A stretch of DNA of 64,000 nt from Candidatus Latescibacterota bacterium (GTDB lineage: Bacteria > Latescibacterota > UBA2968 > UBA8231): positions 4,032,001 to 4,096,000 of the forward strand of contig OZ242005.1 in the NCBI GenBank assembly GCA_965204725.1. Reading direction: 5' to 3'. The notes under the pieces were generated by a model. The model was not told where the DNA came from. It ran no database searches and saw only the letters and a list, made by a program, of their open reading frames with translations. Both the position numbers and the translations under genes were made by a program. Below, in pieces: positions 36,634 through 45,800 of the stretch (position 1 is the first letter of the stretch; each line of letters opens with the position of its first letter).

Positions 36634-39222
36634 TTAATAGGCCACGACTAGGGTGCGGACCAACTCTTCCCGACCTAGCTCCGCACCCGACGTATTGGCG
36701 TCCAGCCGCAGATGAATTGCGTACACCCCCGGCGGCACGAGCGTTCCCTCTTCGGTCTTTCCGTTCCATCCCATTTCGTACACCCCCGAGGCAAAATCTC
36801 GCTGCTCGGCCAGTTGGCGCACCCAGCGTCCCGCCAAATCGTAGATGGTTGCTTCAACCCGCTGACTGCCTTCCACCAACACCACTGAAAAGCGCAACGC
36901 CACCTCGTCGTTGACCCCATCCCCATTCGGCGTCAACACCGCTGGCTCGATCACTAAATCCGCAAAAACCGAGCGCTGTTGCGGCTGCCCCACCACCAAC
37001 AGCCGATTGCGGCCGACGGCCTCCACCGCTTCCCCGCGATCGACGCGCTGCCAGATCCCCTCCCCATCTTCTCCTTGGCGCAGTTGCACCTTTAGCGGCC
37101 CCCCCCGGGAAAACAGACGCCCCGCAAAGTCTATCCGCAGCACCGCTACTTCGCTCTCCGGCCCCAACCGGGCGAAGGACAAATGCACTCGGTCGGCGGT
37201 AGCGGCCAGCACGGCCGCGGCCAACGGAGAAAAATGCTCCCCATCCGCGCTCCCCAACAACTCGTTATACGTCAGTTCCATGCCCGCCGGTGCTTCTAAC
37301 AACAACTCGTTGAACCCCCCATCCCCGGCGTCAAACTCAGGCCGCACATACACTGAAAAAGGCACCTCGGCCCCCAACCGATCCACCTGACTGGGCACGA
37401 CCTCGCCCAAGAGCCGCCGCGCCACCGGCTCGGCGAAGTGTAGCCGCAGCCCCGACAAACTCGCCGCTACATCCGGTGCGGCCGAGCGCAACGTCGCCCG
37501 CACCTTGAGAAACTCCCGCGGCGACGGCGAAGTGATCGGACTGCCTCCCGGATCGCTGTAGGGCGCACTCCACGGCTCCCAGTCTGCGCCAGCGACTTCC
37601 TCGGACACCACCTCGCCGCGAAAAATGCTCAACAGCTTGTTGTAAGCCGTTTCGGAGATTTCGGTTCCATCCTTTTTGAAGTAGTGCAAGATCTCGCCCA
37701 AGGTGTCGCCGGTGCGGGTCTGAAGCTGTACCTCGGTGCCGGGCGGCGTGTGAGCGTCCCACTCAAGGGCTACCAAGTTGCGGCTGCCCCCCAACCGGAT
37801 CAGGTCCGATTCGAGCTGCACCTCGGGCAAAAACCCCTCGCCAAAAAGTTGTATCTCGCTCAACCGGCTAGCACTCCGGTTGGGAAGGCGCACGTGTTCT
37901 ACTTCAAATACCAAGCGAAAAAAACGCCCCTTTACCGGGTCGAAGTCATTGCCATCCACGTTGAGGGCACCGGCGACGCTCCGCTTTACTTGCTCGCGCC
38001 GCATGGCCGTAGTCCACTTGAGGCCCCCATCTACTTCCCGCGAACCATCCGAAAACTCCAAGCGATAGTTCCCCAAGGCGTACTCCGTGAAACTCATGCG
38101 GTGGCTGTGGATCCAAAAGAACGAGCCTAAGTCGATGAACAACTCGTCCTCTAACCGATTCTCAATGTTGAATAGGGACAGCCCCTCTACGCTGGTCACG
38201 TCGCCGTCAATCATCAACTGGGGATTGATGCTCCCGGGCACCGTAGTAGAAATGGAGCCATTGCGCCGCAGGGCACCACTGGCCAAGTCGTCGCCTTGGG
38301 TCCACACTTCGAGCTCGGCCAACCGGGGCCGCTCGCGCCGAAAGTAGCGCACCGTCCCCTGCCGCTGGGGATCGAGAGCCTCGTACACGGCCCGTTTGAC
38401 CACGATCTCCCGCCCGTCCGCTTGCCGCTTGCTGTATTCGACGATTCCTCGGTCTTCAGCGGGCAGCTGGTCGTATTCCGCTGGGGATACTTCTCGGCCG
38501 CGACCAAAATCGCTGGCTTGGACGACAACTTGGACCAAGCGTCCCACGGCCCGGCGTTGGTCGAGCCCTATCGGGTCGAGCTCGACCTCAAAGGTGCGCT
38601 GGCTTTTGTTGGGCTTTAGCGTCTGGAGCACCGGAAAGAATTCGAGGCTCGACCCGCCAATGGCCTGTACAGGCTTCTGTCCATCCGACACTAGGACATC
38701 AAACAAGAGAAAGGGATCGCCCATGCCCTCCGCGACGAACTTTAACGCGATTTTGTTGATAAAGACAACGCGGCCCAAATCCACAGTAAACCACCACTGA
38801 GACGACAGATCTACATTCTCAGCAACCGGATCAGGCTCCCAGTACGTGGTCAAGTCGCCATCTAGGACTGCGACGACTCCGGCGCGGTTGGACCCGCCCT
38901 GAATGGCGTCGAGGAGAGCGATGTCTTCAGGCTCTTTCTTGGAGAGGTAATCTGGCGGGTTATAGCGCAGAAAATCAACGATATCCAGCGCGGCATTGGT
39001 GTTTTTGCGGACGCGATTGGGCCGCACCGCACCGAGCGAGGAAACCTCGATAGTACCGGGCGCAAATTCCCAGTGTTGCCAATGGTCGGGACCGACGACG
39101 ACTTGGTTCGCACGGCGGTCGAGCCGATGGCCTGCTTGAGCCAGCAAATCCTCGGCCCCATTGGACCAAAGCACTGCGCTGGCCACCACGAGACGCGAGA
39201 GGAGTTTCGGGCGGATATTCAT
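36634..39222 (-). CDS. Secreted protein with discoidin-like domains and FlgD-Ig / T9SS type-B-like CTD (paralogue 1)
   Basis: Likely start ATG 39222 (MNIRPKLL); DGDLTTYW, VDLG, SEIQLFGEGF, SPSPREF; C-terminus LTPNGDGVND..YDLAG..WNGK..PPGVY..VAY. Confidence 0.75.
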   Translation of the reverse strand: MNIRPKLLSRLVVASAVLWSNGAEDLLAQAGHRLDRRANQVVVGPDHWQHWEFAPGTIEVSSLGAVRPNRVRKNTNAALDIVDFLRYNPPDYLSKKEPEDIALLDAIQGGSNRAGVVAVLDGDLTTYWEPDPVAENVDLSSQWWFTVDLGRVVFINKIALKFVAEGMGDPFLLFDVLVSDGQKPVQAIGGSSLEFFPVLQTLKPNKSQRTFEVELDPIGLDQRRAVGRLVQVVVQASDFGRGREVSPAEYDQLPAEDRGIVEYSKRQADGREIVVKRAVYEALDPQRQGTVRYFRRERPRLAELEVWTQGDDLASGALRRNGSISTTVPGSINPQLMIDGDVTSVEGLSLFNIENRLEDELFIDLGSFFWIHSHRMSFTEYALGNYRLEFSDGSREVDGGLKWTTAMRREQVKRSVAGALNVDGNDFDPVKGRFFRLVFEVEHVRLPNRSASRLSEIQLFGEGFLPEVQLESDLIRLGGSRNLVALEWDAHTPPGTEVQLQTRTGDTLGEILHYFKKDGTEISETAYNKLLSIFRGEVVSEEVAGADWEPWSAPYSDPGGSPITSPSPREFLKVRATLRSAAPDVAASLSGLRLHFAEPVARRLLGEVVPSQVDRLGAEVPFSVYVRPEFDAGDGGFNELLLEAPAGMELTYNELLGSADGEHFSPLAAAVLAATADRVHLSFARLGPESEVAVLRIDFAGRLFSRGGPLKVQLRQGEDGEGIWQRVDRGEAVEAVGRNRLLVVGQPQQRSVFADLVIEPAVLTPNGDGVNDEVALRFSVVLVEGSQRVEATIYDLAGRWVRQLAEQRDFASGVYEMGWNGKTEEGTLVPPGVYAIHLRLDANTSGAELGREELVRTLVVAY

Positions 39223-39310
39223 CGGCGGCACCTTGCGGGGGAATCTAACGCCCCTTTGGCCGAGGAACAACATTTGCCTATCCTTACGGCAACTTTGAGA
39301 AAGGGACGCT

Positions 39311-40678
39311 ATGCGACTGAATTGGCGCGAAATCGACCGGTGGATTTTTGGCGAGGCTTGGACCGGCTCGCAAATCAACGAGCACGTGGAGATGTTGTGC
39401 GAGCAAATTGGGCCGCGCTGGGCTTCTTCAGCCGAGGAGCACCAAGCGGTAAAATACCTGCGGGAGCAGTTTGCACAGGCGGGACTCGCCGATGCGGCAC
39501 TGGAGGAGTTTGCGCTGGATACTTGGGCGTACAACCGGGCCGAGGCCACGGTGGGGGATGCAAAAATTGACCTCTTGCCCTACAATCGCTGTCCACCATG
39601 CGACCTCCAAGCCCCAATCGTCCATGCAGGCTATGGTACGGAGCACGAAATCGACCGAGTGCGCGGCCAACTCAAAGGGAGTATCGCCGTAATGTACCTC
39701 GCGCTGGAGCCTTTTACCGCGCCTTCTCCACCCAACGTGCGGCTCGAAGCACTAGGCGACGCGGGCGCGCTGGCGGTGATCGCGATTGATCCAAAAGACG
39801 GGCGGCGCGTGGAGTACCACAACGGCGGCGATTGGCGCGAGCCGGAGACCGCCGAGTTGACCCTGCCCACGGTGACGACCTCGCGGGAACACGGAGCCTT
39901 GTTGCAAAAGTGGGCCAACGAGGACCGGCAACTCAAGCTGGCCGTCGAGAGCCGGTTTTACCAAGCATCCGCGCACAATGTGGTCGCCTCGATTCCCGGG
40001 ACGCGCTGGCCTCGGGAGCGGCTGGTGTTGGGCGGGCATCACGACACGGTGTACGACGCCCCGGGGGGCAACGACAACGCCTCGGGGACCATTGCGGTGC
40101 TGGAGACGGCGCGCGTATTGGCCGGGCTACAATCGGCGCTCGGGGTCGAGCCGGGGATGAGCCTGTGCTTTGCGACGTATAGCGCCGAGGAGCAGACCTT
40201 CCAAGGGTCGAGCGAATACGTGCGGCAACACTGCGCCGAAAAGCCGCGGCTGGCGATTAACCTCGACGAGTTATCGACCGGGCCGATCAAGGGGGTGGTG
40301 CTGGGGTTTGGGCATTTGCGCGGCTTGGTACAGGCTCAGCTCGATGCGATGGGCGATGGGCTGAAGTGCCACGTAATGTCCCAACTCGACGCGACTTCAG
40401 ACCATTTCCCCTTTTTGCGCGCCGGCATTGACGCGGCGCATTTGTGGCGCTGGCGCTTTAGCGGCCGCCATGCCGATTCCAACTACCACCACGAGCCAGC
40501 CGACACCGCCGACAAGCTCAATGTGCGAGAATTAAAAGAATACGTCGGGCAGCTAGCGCGCTTGTTGTTGCGGCTGTCGCACGTGGCACCCGAGGAGTGG
40601 CCGGAGAATCCGGTGACCGAGGAGGCCGTAGCCGAGCGGCTTGCGGCCGAGCGGGGGACTGTGGTGCGGGTGTATTAG
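39311..40678 (+). CDS. M28 family metallopeptidase with PA domain
   Basis: IGPR, GGHHDT, GNDNASG, SAEE, NLD, SDH, YHH..DT zinc-ligand motifs. Confidence 0.88.
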   Translation: MRLNWREIDRWIFGEAWTGSQINEHVEMLCEQIGPRWASSAEEHQAVKYLREQFAQAGLADAALEEFALDTWAYNRAEATVGDAKIDLLPYNRCPPCDLQAPIVHAGYGTEHEIDRVRGQLKGSIAVMYLALEPFTAPSPPNVRLEALGDAGALAVIAIDPKDGRRVEYHNGGDWREPETAELTLPTVTTSREHGALLQKWANEDRQLKLAVESRFYQASAHNVVASIPGTRWPRERLVLGGHHDTVYDAPGGNDNASGTIAVLETARVLAGLQSALGVEPGMSLCFATYSAEEQTFQGSSEYVRQHCAEKPRLAINLDELSTGPIKGVVLGFGHLRGLVQAQLDAMGDGLKCHVMSQLDATSDHFPFLRAGIDAAHLWRWRFSGRHADSNYHHEPADTADKLNVRELKEYVGQLARLLLRLSHVAPEEWPENPVTEEAVAERLAAERGTVVRVY

Positions 40679-40787
40679 AAGCGGTCTGAAAATTCCCCTT
40701 GGGCCGTGTTGAACAAGCCGTAGAGACGGTCTGCGTCCTTCCCTCGCAAGAACGTCACCCCGTGCCCCGACACGGGGCGGCAACCCA
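40678..40787 (+). mobile_element. MITE family B, left half only, ending in a nested palindrome
   Basis: TTA|GAAGCGGTCTGAAAA..TGTTGAACAAGCCGTAGAGAC matches the left arm of the 8553 and 44381 copies. Confidence 0.7.
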
Positions 40788-40875
40788 TGAAAGCGTCCTG
40801 CCCCAACACCTGAAATGTTCTTGCGCGGGCAGGACGGCTTAAACGGGTTCGGATAGAACGCTATTACGCGGCGTC

Positions 40876-41154
40876 CTACTCGGCTTGGTCTAACAGGCGC
40901 CTAAAGGCGTCAAGACTGGGCACCTGTATGGCCGCCCGATGCAACTGCTTGAGACGCTGCACATCGTCGGTGGCCCCAATGCGGGCGGCCAACGGGTCCG
41001 ACGCAGCCAGCCCAAAGCGAATCTCTAGCACCTCAAGCAGACCTTCCGTGGCGAGTTCTCGGCCCCCTCGCTCAATGCCCTGCTCAATGCCCTGCTTAAT
41101 CCCCTGTTCAATGCCCTTTTCCGTGAAATACTGCACTACCGACGATTCGTACAT
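40876..41154 (-). CDS. Predicted in-frame small protein (RpnS-like intragenic antitoxin, 92 aa)
   Basis: GAGGAGGAGACC directly before the in-frame ATG at 41154 (MYESSVVQ), just ahead of the GIEQG repeats. Confidence 0.6.
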   Translation of the reverse strand: MYESSVVQYFTEKGIEQGIKQGIEQGIERGGRELATEGLLEVLEIRFGLAASDPLAARIGATDDVQRLKQLHRAAIQVPSLDAFRRLLDQAE

Positions 41155-41787
41155 GGTCTCCTCCTCAATGATGGTCATAATCGTCTCTAAGTTATATACC
41201 AACCCACTTAACATCGCAAGATCGGCCAGATAGTTCGCCTTGCGTCTCTCGTCCATCGGCACCTGTTGCGCTCGGTTGACACACTGGCGCAACCACCCCT
41301 CGGCATCGACGCCCACGGGCGGCTGCATCAACGGCGCAAACGGCAGCAAGCCCGAAGGTCCGGCGGCGAGAATGCGTTGGCCGTCTATCTCGATTAGCCG
41401 GATGACCTTGTATTGGACTAAGACGCGGTAGCCGGGACGCTCTTGGACGTAGTAACCCGGGTCATTTCGGCCAGCGTCTGGACGGAGATAGATGACGTTG
41501 GAATAGATCGGCCGGCGATGTTGCTCGATGCCGCGTCCGATGTAGCCGGCCATGCGGAGGGGCATGGGGGGGTTGCTGTCGGTGGTTTGGAACTCGTGGT
41601 GGATCAATGCCTTCTGGTCGCCAATTTTGACGCGAATGAGGCTGTCGGTGCGATGAGTTTCGACAGTGGTTTGCTCGGTATCGACGACGCCGAGGACTTG
41701 GATGTCGTCTTGTTGGAGGGCGAAGCGGGCGAAGTCTGCCGGGTAAGTGTGGATGAGGTGTTTGGCGATGGTGTCGAATTCGGCCAT
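40876..41787 (-). CDS. Rpn family recombination-promoting nuclease / PD-(D/E)XK protein
   Basis: Start MAEFDTIAK; RTDSL..HHEFQT..MPLRM..Y; GLLPFAPLM; EKGIEQGIKQGIEQG repeats; LxxRFG C-terminal domain. Confidence 0.8.
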   Translation of the reverse strand: MAEFDTIAKHLIHTYPADFARFALQQDDIQVLGVVDTEQTTVETHRTDSLIRVKIGDQKALIHHEFQTTDSNPPMPLRMAGYIGRGIEQHRRPIYSNVIYLRPDAGRNDPGYYVQERPGYRVLVQYKVIRLIEIDGQRILAAGPSGLLPFAPLMQPPVGVDAEGWLRQCVNRAQQVPMDERRKANYLADLAMLSGLVYNLETIMTIIEEETMYESSVVQYFTEKGIEQGIKQGIEQGIERGGRELATEGLLEVLEIRFGLAASDPLAARIGATDDVQRLKQLHRAAIQVPSLDAFRRLLDQAE

Positions 41788-41929
41788 GGGTCCTGCCTTG
41801 GTTGCGGGTGAGAGGGTATCCACAACTGGCAAAAACCGTGCCGGGGGGGCGGCTCATAGGGAAGGGCGGGGGATCGGCGGCGTGGGGGTGTGGCGAAAAG
41901 GGGACAGGTGTGGGGCGTTGGGGGAAAAA

Positions 41930-41956
41930 CTGGATTCCCGCTTTTGCGGGAATGAC
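41930..41956 (-). repeat. RS3/RPE-like palindrome
   Basis: CTGGATTCCCGCTTTTGCGGGAATGAC. Confidence 0.8.
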
Positions 41957-41968
41957 GAAAGCAGAGCC

Positions 41969-42071
41969 GTCACCCGCGAAAGAACGTCACCCCGTGCCCC
42001 GACACGGGGCGGGAATCCAGCCGTATCGTTTAGACGCAAGGGACGACCTCCAGAGTCTTCAGGCCGCTGTC
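41969..42071 (+). mobile_element. MITE family B, right half only, starting at a nested palindrome
   Basis: ..GGGAATCCAGCCGTATCGTTTAGACGCAAGGGACGACCTCCAGAGTCTTCAG matches the right arm of the 44381 and 55644 copies. Confidence 0.7.
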
Positions 42072-42075
42072 TAAC

Positions 42076-42103
42076 AACCCCGCGCCTTTTCGACGCGGGG
42101 TTT
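42076..42103. terminator. Hairpin terminator downstream of the cyclase gene
   Basis: AACCCCGCG-ccttttcga-CGCGGGGTTTT. Confidence 0.55.
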
Positions 42104-42115
42104 TCCATTTTCCAT

Positions 42116-43093
42116 TCAGCGGATGGCGATTGGCCGCCCCGGCGAGCCCGTGCCGCCTTTGAAGCGGGTCGGCGTAAATATAAAGAGGAACTCGTACACT
42201 TCGTCGGCCAGCACTTCTTCAAAGACCATGTTCTCCAAGTTGAAGATGCCATTCTTGGTGATGAGTTCTTGGTGAACTGGAAAGACCAGTTTAGGGTCGG
42301 GGCCGGGCACTACTTCGGTGGTCCACTGGTCTGAGCCGATCATTGAGGGCTTCATGGATATGATCCACTCGCTCGCCTCCATGCCGATGCCGGGCGGATT
42401 GGTGTTGTAGGTTTCAGGGTCCGTCCACAGCTTGGACCAGCCATAGTTGAAGAGGAGGGCGTCGCCTTCCTCAATGCTGCTTTCGGCAATCCCCTGCTTT
42501 GCGAGCGCGCCGCGAATATCGGCGACGGTAACTTCGTAGCTGTGGTCGAGGCGCTCAACGCCCTTGTACCCGGCAATGTCGATGAGCACCCCGCGGGTGA
42601 CGAAGGAGCGCACGTGTTCAATGCCCAGCTTGGTCACCCCATAAGGACTGGCCATCTCGCTGGTGGGAACGCCGTTGTAGAACACGTCTTGGGTCGAGCC
42701 ATCGGCCATCTTCATGCGCGTACCAATGTGAGCCAGCCCGTCGAACTGAGTGCCGACTTGGCCGATCTCAGCGCAGAGGAACTCGTCGTAGTACATGAGC
42801 ATGTTGTTCTCGCCGAAGGGGCCGCCGGTAGGAGAGCCGGGGGTGATCATCGCATAGGTGCGCTCGCCAAACAGCGGCATGCCGCGCTCGTATATTTGCC
42901 CTAGCTCGTACATCTTGCCGGTCTCGACTAACTGGATGGATTTGAGGATGGTTGCGGCGGTGATGCGATTGGAGGCACCGGCTTGGTCGTCGGCTCCCCA
43001 CTCCGAGGGCCACCAAGGCCCTTGTTCGCGGGTCTGGGAAAAGCACGGCAGAGACAGGGCGAGCACGAGAAGGGCCGCAGCGAGCGATTTCAT
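42116..43093 (-). CDS. Secreted cyclase-family (kynurenine formamidase-like) metallohydrolase
   Basis: WGADDQAGASN, QVGTQFDGLAH, TRGVLIDI, GSD, PVHQ..ENM, GGTGSP. Confidence 0.85.
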   Translation of the reverse strand: MKSLAAALLVLALSLPCFSQTREQGPWWPSEWGADDQAGASNRITAATILKSIQLVETGKMYELGQIYERGMPLFGERTYAMITPGSPTGGPFGENNMLMYYDEFLCAEIGQVGTQFDGLAHIGTRMKMADGSTQDVFYNGVPTSEMASPYGVTKLGIEHVRSFVTRGVLIDIAGYKGVERLDHSYEVTVADIRGALAKQGIAESSIEEGDALLFNYGWSKLWTDPETYNTNPPGIGMEASEWIISMKPSMIGSDQWTTEVVPGPDPKLVFPVHQELITKNGIFNLENMVFEEVLADEVYEFLFIFTPTRFKGGTGSPGRPIAIR

Positions 43094-43170
43094 AAGATAT
43101 GTCTTTCCTTGATAAAGGGGCGCGGAAATTTACCGCGATGGTATAAGGAAATTGAGGCCCTGAATCAAGC

Positions 43171-43623
43171 TCAGACGAACTTGACCACCACCAAGAGCAC
43201 GATGACGATCACCAGCACCGTGGGCACTTCGTTGAGGCCGCGGAAGAATTGCTCGCTCTTTTGGTTTTCGCCGCGTTCAAAAGCCTTGCGATAGGAAGAG
43301 AGCATGCCGTGGAGGGCCGCCATCACGAGTACCAGCACCAATTTGATGTGCATCCAGTAGCCAGTACCGGGTGCGCCGGCCCCTGTGGCGAGAATGAGCA
43401 GGATGCCGGTAATAAACGAAACGATCATCGCCGGGTTCATAATCACCCTCAGCAACTTGCGCTCCATGACCTTGAAGGTCTCATCGGCTTCGGAGCCTAG
43501 GGAGACTCGGCAGTGATAGACATAGAGGCGCGGCAGGTAGAGCATACCGGCCATCCAAAAGATGACGAAGGCGACGTGGATCGCTTTGAGCCACAGGTAG
43601 TACTCGCTTGCAAATGCACTCAT
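43171..43623 (-). CDS. hemJ: Protoporphyrinogen IX oxidase HemJ
   Basis: YLWLKAIH..WMAGMLYLPRLYVYH..MERKL..IMNPAM..NEVPT. Confidence 0.92.
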   Translation of the reverse strand: MSAFASEYYLWLKAIHVAFVIFWMAGMLYLPRLYVYHCRVSLGSEADETFKVMERKLLRVIMNPAMIVSFITGILLILATGAGAPGTGYWMHIKLVLVLVMAALHGMLSSYRKAFERGENQKSEQFFRGLNEVPTVLVIVIVLLVVVKFV

Positions 43624-43638
43624 TATGGGTGAACTCCT

Positions 43639-44274
43639 CTACGCAGAGACTGCCAGCGCGGCTTCGTGGAGGACGGCGACCGTTTCGGCGTCTAGGCCCA
43701 TGTCGAGGTTGGGAATGGATTTGGGCTGGCCGATAAAGAGCGTCGCGTAAAATGTGCAGGCGGCCAGATAGGACCCGGCGAGGTTGGGATGGCTTTGGTC
43801 TTTGTCGTGCAAGACGAGATCGGGATGGGCCGCTAAACAGTGCTGCCAAGCTAGGCCCACGGGCACGACGGTCGCGCCGATTTCGCGCCCCACTTGGGTG
43901 TAGGTCTCGCTCAAGGCGGCTTGGGTCTCGGGAGCGTTTTGCCGCGCCCAAGTCATGTAGAGTACCGTCTGCGCCTTGGCCGCTTTAATTGCGGCGTCGA
44001 ACTCGCGGATGTTTTCTCCGGTGCGCTTGGGGTTTTTCACCGGCAGGGTGCTCTGCTCCTGCAATACGACGTAATCCCAGCGGGATGCCTGCAAGCGTTC
44101 GTGTGCCTCGCCTTTGTTCAAGTGCATCCTGAGCGAGGCTCCGCCGCCGCTGATGAGCTCGCATTCCAACTCGCCCTTGCCGCCGGCGTGGACGAGTTGG
44201 GCGAGGAGACCGGGCAGATCGTTGCGGGCGGTGAAGCTGTTGCCAATGAAGAGGATGCGGGTACTATTGGCCAT
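43639..44274 (-). CDS. SGNH/GDSL hydrolase family protein
   Basis: LFIGNSFT, WDYVVLQEQS, DQSHP..GSYLAA. Confidence 0.85.
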   Translation of the reverse strand: MANSTRILFIGNSFTARNDLPGLLAQLVHAGGKGELECELISGGGASLRMHLNKGEAHERLQASRWDYVVLQEQSTLPVKNPKRTGENIREFDAAIKAAKAQTVLYMTWARQNAPETQAALSETYTQVGREIGATVVPVGLAWQHCLAAHPDLVLHDKDQSHPNLAGSYLAACTFYATLFIGQPKSIPNLDMGLDAETVAVLHEAALAVSA

Positions 44275-44380
44275 GGTCCGTCTGTTTGGGTTGAGGGTGT
44301 CCTGCTCAACATAACCACCGCTTCGCCTCGCGCCAAGTTGGGAGCAGCAACGGCCGCACGATGGAGCAGACGGCTGCTTA

Positions 44381-44515
44381 GAGGCTGTCTGAAGACTCTG
44401 GTGGTCGTCCTTTGGGTCTAACCGATCCCGGCTGGATTCCCGCTTTCGCGGGAATGACGGATCCTGTCTCTACGGCGTGTTCAACAGGACCCAAGGTGGG
44501 TTTTCAGACAGCCTC
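44381..44515 (-). mobile_element. MITE family B, complete copy
   Basis: GAGGCTGTCTGAAGAC...GTTTTCAGACAGCCTC with TA on both sides; palindrome 44432-44458; end overlaps the aminotransferase stop. Confidence 0.8.
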
Positions 44516-45666
44516 TAAGGCAGGGCTTTGAGGAGGCGATCGATGTCCTCGTGGTTGTTGTACACCGAAGGCGAGAGGCGCATCTTGTTGCCGAAGCGCA
44601 TCGCCACATGAACATTGGCGTTCCTGCAACGGGCTAGGACCGCTTCGGGGTGTGGTGCTACGAAGGAGAGGATGGGGCTTTCGTTTCCCTTCGGCGTGAT
44701 CGATTGGTATCCCCTCTTAGGCAGTTCCTCCTGTAGGCGGTCGGTCAGGTCTCTCGCGTGGTCGCGGATTCGGTCAACTCCGAGGCGCAGGATGTATTGC
44801 AGGCTCTCTTGGGCGCACACGACGCCTTCGTACGAGGGGTAACTGACCGCGTAGGCACCGACTCCGGTCGGGGGTGAAAACGATACCTCCTCACCAGCCG
44901 CGTCGGCCTCTTCTACCCACGGGGGATAGTTGAGTGTCACACCCCCCATGGGTTGAGACGGTTTGAGCACATCGAGTTGCAGATCCGAACGCACGTACAG
45001 AAACCCGAACCCCTTTACGCCCATCAGCCACTTGAACGTCGAACAAGCCGCAAAGTCAATGCCCATCGCCTTGACGTCTATCGGAACGCCGCCCGCGGCC
45101 TGCATGATGTCGGCATACAGATACGCGCCGTTGTCGTGCGCCAGCTTGCTCAGGGCCGCGACATCTGCGACGTACCCATTGACGTTCGACACCAATGCCA
45201 CCGAGATCAGCCGGGTATTGCCGTCGACCGCGTCTGCCATGGCGTCCATGTCGATTTGCCAGTTGCGATTCTTGACGATCCGCACATCGAGACCTTGCTG
45301 GGCGCGGAACTTGTAGTTGTACAGGCAGGAGTTGAAGGCCAAGTCCGACGTCACCACGTTGCCGCCCGCCAAATGATCCCGCAAGCCGTTGAGGATATTG
45401 CTCTCCGATTCCACCGTGCTGCGCGCAAAGGCGATTTCGCTGGGGTCGGCGTTGATGAGCTGGGCGAATAGGGCGTTGGCTTGGTCTCGCGGCGGTGCCC
45501 AAGCCGGCCACCACGGCTCCCCCACCTCGTGCGCGACCCAATCGACGTATCGGTGTAGGGCCGCCGCCGAATGTACACTAATCGGATGCGACGAGGCGTT
45601 GTCGAAGTACGCCATGGTCCGCGCTCGCGGAAAGTCTTCACGCACTCTCTCGAAAAGATCGTTCAT
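44515..45666 (-). CDS. Class V PLP-dependent aminotransferase / cysteine desulfurase-like
   Basis: YFDNAS, VSNVNG, DIMQAAG, STFKWLMG, RLSPSVYN. Confidence 0.88.
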   Translation of the reverse strand: MNDLFERVREDFPRARTMAYFDNASSHPISVHSAAALHRYVDWVAHEVGEPWWPAWAPPRDQANALFAQLINADPSEIAFARSTVESESNILNGLRDHLAGGNVVTSDLAFNSCLYNYKFRAQQGLDVRIVKNRNWQIDMDAMADAVDGNTRLISVALVSNVNGYVADVAALSKLAHDNGAYLYADIMQAAGGVPIDVKAMGIDFAACSTFKWLMGVKGFGFLYVRSDLQLDVLKPSQPMGGVTLNYPPWVEEADAAGEEVSFSPPTGVGAYAVSYPSYEGVVCAQESLQYILRLGVDRIRDHARDLTDRLQEELPKRGYQSITPKGNESPILSFVAPHPEAVLARCRNANVHVAMRFGNKMRLSPSVYNNHEDIDRLLKALP

Positions 45667-45800
45667 AGCTATCCTCGGTATAAAACCTGAATTTTACTCA
45701 AATGTGGTGGATGGTTGGTGCAAAGCAAGTTGCCACAAAAGACCCAACGCGACTAGAAACAGATCGCCGCACGCTTTTTAATCACCAGCGTCTGCGGCAG

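Noticed and set aside
39223-39549. Extension of the 971-aa ORF
   Set aside because: Overlaps the divergent M28 peptidase; the signal peptide starts at 39222
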